64,000 nucleotides of DNA from Minutocellus sp. GHC0000111. Its lineage: Eukaryota. The position numbers and the translations under genes are program-made. The notes beneath the pieces were generated by a model. That model saw nothing but the letters and a program-made list of their open reading frames with translations, ran no database searches and was not told the origin of the DNA. Location of the stretch: the NCBI GenBank assembly GCA_977018835.1, contig OZ361256.1:1736001-1800000 (forward strand), written 5' to 3'. This document shows, one piece after another, positions 37,694 through 47,118 of the stretch (positions are counted from its first letter, which is position 1; each line of letters opens with the position of its first letter).

Positions 37694-38063
37694 AATTGGT
37701 CTACAATCGATTGATGTCAAAAGAAGACGAATGAATCGAAGGAATCTTTGTTATGCTGCCTTTTCTCTATTGGCAAAAGAAGTAGAATGATAGACCAAAA
37801 TTCTCAATGGAACCTTACGATCGTAAGCGAGGGCCTATCAATAATGATTTTGGGTATGAAATGTGAAGGCAATTGGCTGATTGGTTGGCAACTGGAGGAT
37901 GCGTCGGCGCGCGTTCTCGTGTGAAGTGGTTGGCTCATCAGTGACGCCGATGGCCGATGGCGCTTCGTACGTACGTAGCTACGAGTACGTACAAATGAAC
38001 ACTCAGATACAGGCAAAGTGTGCTTTATTATGGTCAAAATCTCGCCCCGAGCTCCCCCTTTCT

Positions 38064-39365
38064 TCACCTCTCACATCCCAGCGCATCCATCACCGTTTCG
38101 TAGACCACAAAAGTAATGGCCGAGCTCGGAGCAACACGCAGGGCGTTCGGGACACACCCCTTGAAGAAGCCAAGGAAGCCTTCATTCCGCCAGATTCGGG
38201 AAACGCAGTCCACAACTCCCTTGTATTCTCTCCTCTTGACTCGGATCTCTCCCTCTTGACTAATATCGACGGCATCAGCCCGTTGCTGCAATCTGGATTT
38301 GATGACCTGAAGCGGATACGTAAAGGTACTGGCCAAAATCTTCGATGCGGCGCCCATCGTCAGATAGCCCAGGGAGTCTTCCAACGCCTCCAGGACCGAT
38401 ATGCGTTCGTGATCTTGCTTCTTGGCTCTCTCCGCTCGGGTATACGTTCCAAAGTGAGACTTGAGGAATTCATACGCCACAAATTGGATACCACCATGCG
38501 ATACCATGACAAATGCCACGCTCGCACCCTTGTACAGTGCCATCGGTCCCTCCTCACGAACGATTGTGGAAGCAGCGTCAAACATATTCCGGTACGGACG
38601 AATGGGGATCTTGGCATCACCGCCCTGTGCGGTTCCATCCTTGAATTGCCGTAGCTGAAGTTGCATCCTCGTCTTGATGAGCCATATCGGATTCGTTACG
38701 CATACCATGGCCGCACCGGCTAGACATGCCGCCGTAAAATTTTCTGTGGCGCTGAGTCGCTCCACCTTATTGGTACCGTTGGCACTTGCATCTGATGATG
38801 ATGATTGTTGTTGTTGTTGAGCATAATGACTTTTCCGCCGCACAGCCAAAACCTGCTTCTTCATCCCCTCGTACAGAAAGAAGTACCCACCCCAGCTAAT
38901 GGCACTCGCCACCAGAGCCGGACTCAGGCCCTGATACAGTCCCAGAAACCCCTCGTACTTGACCACGTTGCGGAGAGACGAGGCAATGGTTGGTCGCCGA
39001 TGCCCATGTTGGCGAAGAGACTTTTGGGGACGATGACGATGAGTTTGTGCAACATCATTTTTACCAAGCACAATCCGATTGGACGACTCCTCGTTCACCT
39101 GCATCCGTATTTTCACCAGGTCCAGCGGAAAGAGCAGAGCGGTGGAGACCGACCCGCCCGCCACGCCGGCGACCAACGGCGCGACGGCTGTCGTCGTTCG
39201 TGGGAGGGAGGCAAAGCTGCTGCTGGTCGATGCCATCGAATTGTCATTGTTGCCAGAAGAATTGCCACCACTTGGCTGACCATCATTGACGTGAACACCG
39301 CTGCTGCTCTCAACGCTCAGCGTATCGGACGCATGGGATCGTCCCGTGAGTCTCCTCTTGGGCAT
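38064..39365 (-). CDS. Mitochondrial carrier family (SLC25) protein, folate/FAD carrier-like
   Basis: Three carrier motifs PLDLVKIRMQ, PIWLIKTRMQ, PLQVIKSRLQ; HGGIQFVAYE and SWGGYFFLYE resemble the SLC25A32/FOLT1 subfamily. Confidence 0.9.
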   Translation of the reverse strand: MPKRRLTGRSHASDTLSVESSSGVHVNDGQPSGGNSSGNNDNSMASTSSSFASLPRTTTAVAPLVAGVAGGSVSTALLFPLDLVKIRMQVNEESSNRIVLGKNDVAQTHRHRPQKSLRQHGHRRPTIASSLRNVVKYEGFLGLYQGLSPALVASAISWGGYFFLYEGMKKQVLAVRRKSHYAQQQQQSSSSDASANGTNKVERLSATENFTAACLAGAAMVCVTNPIWLIKTRMQLQLRQFKDGTAQGGDAKIPIRPYRNMFDAASTIVREEGPMALYKGASVAFVMVSHGGIQFVAYEFLKSHFGTYTRAERAKKQDHERISVLEALEDSLGYLTMGAASKILASTFTYPLQVIKSRLQQRADAVDISQEGEIRVKRREYKGVVDCVSRIWRNEGFLGFFKGCVPNALRVAPSSAITFVVYETVMDALGCER

Positions 39366-39694
39366 ATGGCGAATGACGAATTAAAAATTGTGTTGTATAT
39401 TTGTTTGCCGAACTCAGCAACTCGACTCACTCTCACAAAATATACGACGATACGAACGATTATATCAGCAATCGTAGTGAGATCTATCAGATGTGATATC
39501 AATGGGCGTGTCCGGTATCTGATATCTGCAGCATCAGCGGCAAGCCGACAACCCACTGTCCGTCCCTTTGTGGCGGCATGATGTGGCTTTCGAGCTTCTG
39601 CGCACTGCCAAAATGGGACGAAGCGAAGGCCAGACCGAACACATCATGTGCTCATTTTTCTTATCTTGCGGTATCAAGCCAGCCAGGTGGTATC

Positions 39695-41353
39695 ATGCCT
39701 GCTCGACGCCTCCCGATCGGCGCAGCCGCTGCTGCCGCTGCCAGCGCAGCAGCAATTGCTGCTCTCGCAGCAGAGCCAGCTACTGCCTTTGTTGCCCCTG
39801 CCGGCATTGCATCTACACGTAGTGCCGGTAGCTGCAGCAAGGCCCTTGGCTGCAGGCACACAACATGTTTGTCCGCCGGTAGTAGCGGTGGAGGAATCAC
39901 CTTCCTCCTCTCCCCATCGTCACTGACGCATCTGTCGTATCTCGACGGTCCCGACGTTCCTCCGCCCGTCTACGCTTCGACGCTCACTTCCGACGACGAT
40001 GAAACCGACGCCAATGTCAACGATGACGTTGCAGCGTCAGGAGCCAAAAGCGCTGTCGCATCCACCACCGCCACCACCACCACCAGCAGTAGCAGTCCCT
40101 CTTTGTCCACCATCATCAGCGCCAAGTTGCCGGCGCTGGCCGTGGGACTTGTCGCCGCCATCGCTGTGGGATATGGCGGCGGCCACGTGCTAAAGGATAC
40201 GTTGCATCTGGATCTTCTCGGCCTCGATCCTCTTCTTTACTTTTTGGGGTTTTCCACTGGTTGGCAAGCCATGGGTGGGGACATGGAGGTGGAGATGGAA
40301 GCGGACATGGGCAGTGCCGTCAGCACGAGTGGTCAGGAAGGCTTCGCCACCAATGCCAATGTTGTGGACGACGATGAATCTATCCAGTATGTCATGGATC
40401 GACCCATACGACTTCGGAGAATATTAGAGACACTTGAGGCATCCGACGCTCACATCATCAAAGCACCAACTACCGATCAGGGACGTGATTTGTCCAAGGC
40501 CAACAAATTCCTACAGAGCTCACATACACAGAAATACATTGACAATCTGCGCAAATCGTGCAATTCGGTACCACCGGGTAGCATCAAGCGATTGTCGAAT
40601 GGGTCCAGTAGGACGTATGTCGATTCCACGTCGTTCGATGCGGCGGTGTCGGCAGTGCAGGATTGGATCGACGCTGTGGACTATGTGTTGGCCAATGATT
40701 CGCCGGCATTTGCCTTGACTCGACCACCGAGCCACCATGCATGTCCCACGAGAGGAATGGGAGGCTGCCTGTTGAATGGTTGTGCCGTTGCTGCCTATTA
40801 TGCCCTGAAAACGTATCCGGACGTCAAGCGCGTGTCGATTCTCGACATTGATGCTCATCACGGCAATGGCATCGCTGCTTGCGTGCAAGATCGACCACCG
40901 ATTCGGTATTGCAGTATCCATGAATTTTCAAGAGGAGAAACGGCCACCTTGCGAGAGCCACGGGCGGATAATCCACGAGGTCCCGGCGAGGGAGACGTCG
41001 GGCCAAGAATGAACTGCAAAAACGTCGTGTTGGCAGCCGGCGTCGGCTGGGAGGATCAGGTTGGCGGTGATATCAGGGGATATGAGCACGCACTAACGCA
41101 ACGAGCCATTCCGTTCCTCAAGGAGAGAAATCCAGACCTCCTCTTGGTGGCATGTGGCTTGGATGCTTTGGAAAAGGATGGGACCAGCAAGCTTTGTCTT
41201 CATCCGGAAGATTATCGCAAGATTGGTCTGGAGCTTCGAGCTCATTTCGGCAACAAAGTTGTGTTTGGTCTTGAAGGTGGATATTGTTGGGCAGATGAGA
41301 GCACTGTCCTTGGAGATTCGATCTTAGAGCTAAGCCGAGCGTGGGAGGATTGA
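39695..41353 (+). CDS. Histone-deacetylase superfamily Zn deacylase with putative plastid presequence
   Basis: FALTRPPSHHA, MGGCLLN, ILDIDAHHGNG, CSIH, PDLLLVACGLDA, FGLEGGY. N-terminal Ala-rich hydrophobic stretch ends in ATA-FVAP. Confidence 0.85.
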   Translation: MPARRLPIGAAAAAAASAAAIAALAAEPATAFVAPAGIASTRSAGSCSKALGCRHTTCLSAGSSGGGITFLLSPSSLTHLSYLDGPDVPPPVYASTLTSDDDETDANVNDDVAASGAKSAVASTTATTTTSSSSPSLSTIISAKLPALAVGLVAAIAVGYGGGHVLKDTLHLDLLGLDPLLYFLGFSTGWQAMGGDMEVEMEADMGSAVSTSGQEGFATNANVVDDDESIQYVMDRPIRLRRILETLEASDAHIIKAPTTDQGRDLSKANKFLQSSHTQKYIDNLRKSCNSVPPGSIKRLSNGSSRTYVDSTSFDAAVSAVQDWIDAVDYVLANDSPAFALTRPPSHHACPTRGMGGCLLNGCAVAAYYALKTYPDVKRVSILDIDAHHGNGIAACVQDRPPIRYCSIHEFSRGETATLREPRADNPRGPGEGDVGPRMNCKNVVLAAGVGWEDQVGGDIRGYEHALTQRAIPFLKERNPDLLLVACGLDALEKDGTSKLCLHPEDYRKIGLELRAHFGNKVVFGLEGGYCWADESTVLGDSILELSRAWED

Positions 41354-41573
41354 CGACTGGCTCTGGTACCGGTAAGTCCTGATAAAATATAGATGAAAAA
41401 AGGAAATACAATATAAGAGGAAAGAGGGAAAAGTGAGGCATGACCTATCGATCGAGCGAGAGTTGCTTTGCGGCGGACCTCGTAACTCATATCATAGCCA
41501 CCGCCACCGCTCGCCGAGAGCTACACCCTAGCTAGCTAGTGCATTAATTTTTGTAGCTGAATAACTGGAGGCC

Positions 41574-42752
41574 ATGATTTTGTCGCAGCAACGCCGTATC
41601 TTTGCCGCTCTCCTGGCCGTGGCCGTTACGGCACCGACGGTGGCAGGATTCAGCACCACGTCATCATCCTCGGGCCTCTCTTTCTCACAGTTGGCTTCAA
41701 CATCCCAGAGCAGCGACCTGCTTCTGGACAGAAGGGAAGCATTTGTCAAATCGTCCGCCGCAATCGCCGCAGCTACCGGCGTATCGCTGCTCCCATCTTT
41801 CACCTCACCTGCATCGGCGGCGGCAACCAACAAGATCCCCGAGTGGACTCTGGAGAATGGCGTCAAGTTCCCCAAATTGGCACTCAACACCGTTGGGTTG
41901 TCTGTAGAGGATACGAATAGAGCACTGACATATGCCGTGGCGGCGGGCGTCAAGCACGTAGACTTTCATCCCGGCAAGGAGAGGGACGGGGTCGCACAGT
42001 ACATCAAAGAGAATCCAGGATCCCGAAACAAGCTATTCCTAAACACCAAGATCAGAAAAGCTCCACCGGGAACGTCGCCGAGTGAGGCGGCAGAGCGAAC
42101 CCGCAATCAAATCGATGAGGATCTTGCAGCTCTTGGTGTGAGCTCGGTTGATATGCTCATGCTTCGTGATAGTCCCGATTGTGAAGTTATTCAGGCTCAG
42201 TGGGCAGTGCTTGAAGAGGCTTTGGCACAAAATCGGTGCCGAAGTATTGGCGTCATCAATTTCTGCGAGAAGGCCCTTACGTGTGTGTTGCAAACCGCCA
42301 AGGTCAAGCCCGCTCTGAATTATTACATGCTTCACGTCGGCATGGGGACGGATCCTCGCAGCTTGAGGTCGTTCGGTGAATCGCGCGGCATTCGCACATT
42401 TGCCTACGGTGCCGCAGGAGAGCCCGGGCCAAACGAACAGCTTTTATCCTCGCCTGTCTTGAAACGAATCGGGGATGCGCATGGTAAGAAGCCGGAAGAG
42501 GTCGCTCTACGGTGGGTCACGCAAAACGGATGTGCCGTCAGTGTGAGGCCGACGCTCGATTTTGGATTAGGAACCGGAATGTGCACCGAAGAAAATAAGT
42601 GTAAAGAAGGATTCAAGGCTCGAGCCAGCACCTTTGGATGGAGTCTGACGAAGGGAGAAATGGAAGAGTTGAATGCTCTCACATCTCCAAATGACAATCC
42701 CACTCTATTTTCGTCTGCCGGTTGCCCCGATTCATTCGTGATGAAAAAGTAA
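41574..42752 (+). CDS. Aldo/keto reductase-fold protein with putative tripartite (thylakoid lumen) presequence
   Basis: TLENGVKFPKLALNT, LFLNTKI, CRSIGVINF, IGDAHGKKPEEVALRWVTQNG, FGWSLTKGEMEEL (AKR fold). Presequence VAG-FS...DRREAF...PASA. Confidence 0.85.
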   Translation: MILSQQRRIFAALLAVAVTAPTVAGFSTTSSSSGLSFSQLASTSQSSDLLLDRREAFVKSSAAIAAATGVSLLPSFTSPASAAATNKIPEWTLENGVKFPKLALNTVGLSVEDTNRALTYAVAAGVKHVDFHPGKERDGVAQYIKENPGSRNKLFLNTKIRKAPPGTSPSEAAERTRNQIDEDLAALGVSSVDMLMLRDSPDCEVIQAQWAVLEEALAQNRCRSIGVINFCEKALTCVLQTAKVKPALNYYMLHVGMGTDPRSLRSFGESRGIRTFAYGAAGEPGPNEQLLSSPVLKRIGDAHGKKPEEVALRWVTQNGCAVSVRPTLDFGLGTGMCTEENKCKEGFKARASTFGWSLTKGEMEELNALTSPNDNPTLFSSAGCPDSFVMKK

Positions 42753-42797
42753 TGTAAAGGTTGCCCCGATGCATTTGTGATGAAAAAGTATTGTAAA
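42720..42797 (+). repeat. 39-bp tandem duplication of the AKR C-terminus and stop codon
   Basis: GGTTGCCCCGATTCATTCGTGATGAAAAAGTAATGTAAA followed by a copy with 3 substitutions (42759-42797). Confidence 0.9.
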
Positions 42798-42923
42798 AGA
42801 GCTCGAGAAGATAATTTTACCGTAGGTATGATTGTACACCGCTTCAATACGAAGAACGACTAAAATAGATTTATTGACCGCATAAATAAATTGAGTCACA
42901 TTTTGCAACAATCCCGCACAAAG

Positions 42924-43016
42924 TAGCAAAGACTTTTCGGATCTCTCTCGACCGCTCAAGCACAACATTCAAATGTGTAGAATTGAGAACCAAGAGTATC
43001 GTCATTCGCTTCACCA
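42924..43016 (-). promoter_or_regulatory. Candidate SECIS element in the 3' UTR of the PDI-like selenoprotein
   Basis: Minus-strand fold by hand: helix I GGUGAAG/CUUUGCU, core AUGAC (43005-43001) / CGAA (42939-42936), long upper stem UCUUGGUUCUCAA/UUGAGCGGUCGAGA, apical mini-stem ACACAUU/AAUGUUGU. It starts about 110 nt after the stop codon. Confidence 0.55.
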
Positions 43017-43127
43017 TGCACATCGCAGTTTGTGCATTTGATTTTGTACCGACATTGTAAAAACGAAACCAACTCCCGCAGCAATCCATTCATCATCCAT
43101 TACGCTTGCACCATTCGGAATGGAAGC

Positions 43128-44102
43128 TTAGAATTCATCATCTTTGTCCTCATCGAGCTGCTTCAGGATGCGAATGCGCTGTCCAAGCCATCTCTTCAGC
43201 TCCGAAATCATTTTACCGCCCGACATGCCATCCAATCGAGCAAGCTGTGCAGCTCTCTCCTCGGCTGACTTCGCCTTCATCTTCTCAATGTATGCCTTCT
43301 CCTTGTCGGAGCATTCCGACGGGTCCTCTACACTGCACTTCACTTCCAACTCATCCTCAACGAATTGTTTGAGCGAATCAAAGTCTCTTCCTCCCTGATA
43401 ATCCTCGCCACTGGAGTCGCCATCCTTGAAATACTTGATCGTTGGGTCTGAAAGCGTGCATCGGTCGGAGTTGATAAAAAGTGAGTGAGCTATTCGATTC
43501 ATTTGATAAATATCGATCGGAATAGACCGTTCGAGGCATTCGTTCAAGCAACATTGCACTTACATCCACGAATTTCGTGCTCTTCGCAAAGCGAGTCTCC
43601 ATCAGCTGTACAATCCACATCTCCAATCAAAACAGACGAGTCTGCGTACTCGCTGCCAAGCCTGTCCCAATCTGTATATATAAGAGAAAGCAAGGGGGGG
43701 AGGTGAGAAAGAGAAGAAGTGGATGGGGCTTTCGGCTCTATTATTCCGCAATGCCGTCCCGCTTACTCATACTTACCAGGCTTCATGGACTTGCAGTGCC
43801 CTCACCACTGAGATTTCCCGAGAAAGAGACGAGTGCCATGTGAGAGAGGTGAGAGAAGAGACAAGTGAAAGGAGACATAATTGGAATTAGAACTGGTACA
43901 CGTGGAGATTTTATGCCCTCGGGGAGCGGGGCCAAACCACGCAAACTGACGACTTCATGCTTACAGGAGCAAGGAACTTAATGAATCCATTCTTGCCGGC
44001 AATCTCGGCGTCGAAGTTATCTTTGGACAGTTCCACAGCACCACCAGCCTGAGCGGTGGCCAGGGAAGCCGCGAGGGCGGCGACACAAACAAGGTACTTC
44101 AT
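43128..44102 (-). CDS. PDI-like thioredoxin selenoprotein (UGHC active site), 4 exons
   Basis: Exons 44102-43965, 43807-43777, 43671-43564 and 43447-43128 (all GT-AG) give MKYLVCVAALAASLATAQA...FIKFLAP|W-TGA-GHCKSMKP|DWDRLG...DVDCTA...RG|YPTIKYF...YQGGRD...DKDDEF*. The TGA at 43804-43802 occupies the first Cys of CGHC. Confidence 0.9.
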
Positions 44103-44441
44103 CTTGGCAAATGCTGAAGAATGAGGCGGGACGCACAACAGCGGCCAGACCACGCCAGACTCACAAAATTCTTTCCGAAATAATTCCTAAACTTCACATG
44201 TGGGGAGTGTCCTCGCCCACTTCCGAAAAAAAAAAAGAAAGAAAGAATGAGGTGCGCGAGAAGCAAGCATGATAATGAGGCCAGCACCGAAAGAGATATC
44301 CCTGACTAGCTACGTAGCTAGGTAGAGGACGAACATTTCCCTTGCGGAGCCAGAGAATCGGGACTGTGTGAGTTATTCTTCACCTGAAGACGAAAGTAGG
44401 GATTCTCTACGCACGATTGCCAAGCAAGATCTGGCAGAACG

Positions 44442-46961
44442 ATGAAGAGAGCAAGTCCAGCGAGGAATCGACGGGAAACTGCTGCCGCCGATGATGCCTC
44501 GAACGGCAGCAACAGCTCTTCCTCGACTGCTATTACTTCTGAAGCCCGCGAACGAGTACCGGTAGTAACGAACATGTCCTCGTCATTCTTTGCCGCAAGG
44601 AATGCAATCTTGTCCGTAGGAATTTCGTTTGCTCTTTGGCAGGTTGTCAGCCAGTCTGGATCTCGTGGAAGTGACGGTAGTGTCGCCTCAGAGCGTGGCC
44701 TTCGATCAGCTCCCACACTTTCTGACGATGATGCCAGCAGGGACCATTTCTGCACGCTTTACATGGCCCCGTCGACTCTTGGCCCAAATGCTGGTTTTGG
44801 AATCTTCACCGCCAAGTCATTTGTGCGTGACGAACCCATCAAGATTATGGATGGGCCCAGCATCGCTGTGGTCGATCCGTACGTCATCCCAGAGGCACCT
44901 CATCTCCGAGTACTGGGTGATAAGTGGTGGGGCGAGCTCAAAGGGATACCAAATTACATGAGATTCGAGGGAGAAGGAGTAATGGAGTATGTTGCAGGCT
45001 TTGGTAGCTTGCCAAACTTCCATCCGTACCTCTCTAATATCAATCCGCAAGAACCGAGAAGTGCCATGGATGATACCGCCTGGGATCGAATAAAGACTCC
45101 TGGTGCTGGATCTTCCAGCGTTTACACAGGAAAAGATATTTATGCCGACAGAGACATACTACCCGGAGAGGAACTGTTTTTTTATTACGGAGAGAGTTAT
45201 TTTGATGAATCGCCAGATGTCTATAAAGAAATTCCACGAGAGACTGATTACTACGACGCATCATCATTTATGATGAAATTCAAGGACGAGCTAATTCGGG
45301 CCAAGGACGGTAGGCAGCAAAGTTCTAGAGAGAAGGAAATGATGTCTAATTTGTTTGGTAAAATGAAGGACGCAGTTGCGAAGGCCTACTCTTCTCGGTC
45401 GGCGTCTCTTCTTCCCGGTTCTGTGGAGGATTTGGCCAACATTGCCGAAGCTGCCTTCACTGATATCGATGCCGATCCTTTAGGAAATAATTCGGGTGAT
45501 GAACCCGACGAGGGACGAGTCCGTTTCGCCTTGGCGAGGGAAATGTCGACGCGTCATGTCACCCCTTCGTGGTTGCACAGCAATGGCCATTGCCTGGACA
45601 ATGTCGTACACAAGACATCGACAATACCGGGTGCTGGGAATGGAGGGTTCGCTGCGCGATCTTTGGAAGCTGGTGAAGTCATTGTTCCTGTTCCTCTTTA
45701 TCACGTGGCAGATAGAGCTTTGCTAGGGACGTATCCCATCCATATTGAAGCAAACAAGGGGACATTCATTCGCAACGAAACAAGATTAAACGGGCCTCCA
45801 CAGCTGTTGACAAATTACTGCTTTGGTGACGATGATTCGAGCTTGTTACTTTGTCCAATTACTTCGGTAATGCACCTGAATCATTGCTCAAATGGAGGCA
45901 AGTGTGGCTCAAATGATGCAAAGGGGCCAAATGCGAAGCTCCGATGGGCAACAAAGTGGCATCCGGTGACAAAGAAGTGGCTCAATAGCACTGTCGAAGA
46001 AATTGAAAGAGAAAAAGATCGAGTATTGAATCTAGAAGTTGTGGCTACTCGCAAAATATATCCCGATGAAGAGATTTTCATTGATTATGGACGCGAGTGG
46101 GAAAAGGAGTGGGATCGGCATAGGAGCAAATGGTCACCACAAACAGATTTACCCGAGTCTCACAAATCGGCAGTGACTCTGAACAGAGAGAAAACAGAGC
46201 CCATTCCAACAAATGACTTGAGAAATGATTTCAGTGCCCCGGGTGATGTCATGATGGGATGCTGGTATTGGCCAGATAATGATGGCGATGATGATGATGC
46301 TAGTGCAGAGGACTATAGCGAGGATAACGACGACGAAGACGCTAGCGATGACGACACCGAGGATGAAATTAGAAATTCTGTTTTTAGGCGTCGTGCCTTG
46401 GCCGCCCGCAGTAAACAGTCATGGAAATCACTTTCGGATAAAGAGATCTTGTCGCAATATGCGATCGGTGGTAGTCAGTTTGTGGACGATGAGGAATATG
46501 GCTCCCCTGACTTTTGGCCCTGTAGTATCATCACAAAAGATGATGGGAACAAGGTCAATTCAACATACACCGTTCGAATCTTTCAGTCAAAATCTCACCG
46601 AACAGCACCCTGGGAGCGAGAAAGCGAGCCCCTCTTCTTGACCAACTACCCTCGATCTTCCATTCGCTACTTTGTAAAGCCTTATCGGAGCATCCAACAC
46701 TCAGCTGATGCATTTCGACGATTTATTGGGCTTCCCAAGGACATGTGGCCTGAGAAATGGAAAAATAGACGACGGGGCGCTCGTCAAGGAGATTATCGCG
46801 TTGGTGATAGAGTTATTTACCTATCCTCATCCAACAAGGAGAAGACTGGTATCATCGTGCACTTCGATGCCTCCACAGGGTATGATATTTTCTCGTTGCG
46901 AAGCGGAAAAGTGAGAGCCGCCATCGGCCCAGAGTCGATTGTGAAACTCGATATATATTAG
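44442..46961 (+). CDS. Membrane-anchored protein with two SET-like domains
   Basis: N-terminal TM. SET-like unit 1: CTLYMAPSTLGPNAGFGIFT...PNFH...ADRDILPGEELFFYYG. Unit 2: TSTIPGAGNGGFAAR...QLLTNYCFG...HLNH...ATRKIYPDEEIFIDYGREWEKEW. Confidence 0.8.
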   Translation: MKRASPARNRRETAAADDASNGSNSSSSTAITSEARERVPVVTNMSSSFFAARNAILSVGISFALWQVVSQSGSRGSDGSVASERGLRSAPTLSDDDASRDHFCTLYMAPSTLGPNAGFGIFTAKSFVRDEPIKIMDGPSIAVVDPYVIPEAPHLRVLGDKWWGELKGIPNYMRFEGEGVMEYVAGFGSLPNFHPYLSNINPQEPRSAMDDTAWDRIKTPGAGSSSVYTGKDIYADRDILPGEELFFYYGESYFDESPDVYKEIPRETDYYDASSFMMKFKDELIRAKDGRQQSSREKEMMSNLFGKMKDAVAKAYSSRSASLLPGSVEDLANIAEAAFTDIDADPLGNNSGDEPDEGRVRFALAREMSTRHVTPSWLHSNGHCLDNVVHKTSTIPGAGNGGFAARSLEAGEVIVPVPLYHVADRALLGTYPIHIEANKGTFIRNETRLNGPPQLLTNYCFGDDDSSLLLCPITSVMHLNHCSNGGKCGSNDAKGPNAKLRWATKWHPVTKKWLNSTVEEIEREKDRVLNLEVVATRKIYPDEEIFIDYGREWEKEWDRHRSKWSPQTDLPESHKSAVTLNREKTEPIPTNDLRNDFSAPGDVMMGCWYWPDNDGDDDDASAEDYSEDNDDEDASDDDTEDEIRNSVFRRRALAARSKQSWKSLSDKEILSQYAIGGSQFVDDEEYGSPDFWPCSIITKDDGNKVNSTYTVRIFQSKSHRTAPWERESEPLFLTNYPRSSIRYFVKPYRSIQHSADAFRRFIGLPKDMWPEKWKNRRRGARQGDYRVGDRVIYLSSSNKEKTGIIVHFDASTGYDIFSLRSGKVRAAIGPESIVKLDIY

Positions 46962-47118
46962 AGTGAAAGAGCTTGACATGGATAAGATTTACGCTTAAGG
47001 GCGTTGTTCACCAACATAATTGTAAATTTTAGGGAAGAAACTTCATTACATAAAAATTATTTACATTACAACTTGTACCCCGGTGAAGAGTTCGTATGAC
47101 GTCGTAGATGCCCGCTTC

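Noticed and set aside
43802..43804. TGA as evidence that the PDI-like gene is a pseudogene
   Set aside because: The stop coincides exactly with the catalytic Cys, all other exons and splice sites are intact, and a SECIS-like hairpin follows.
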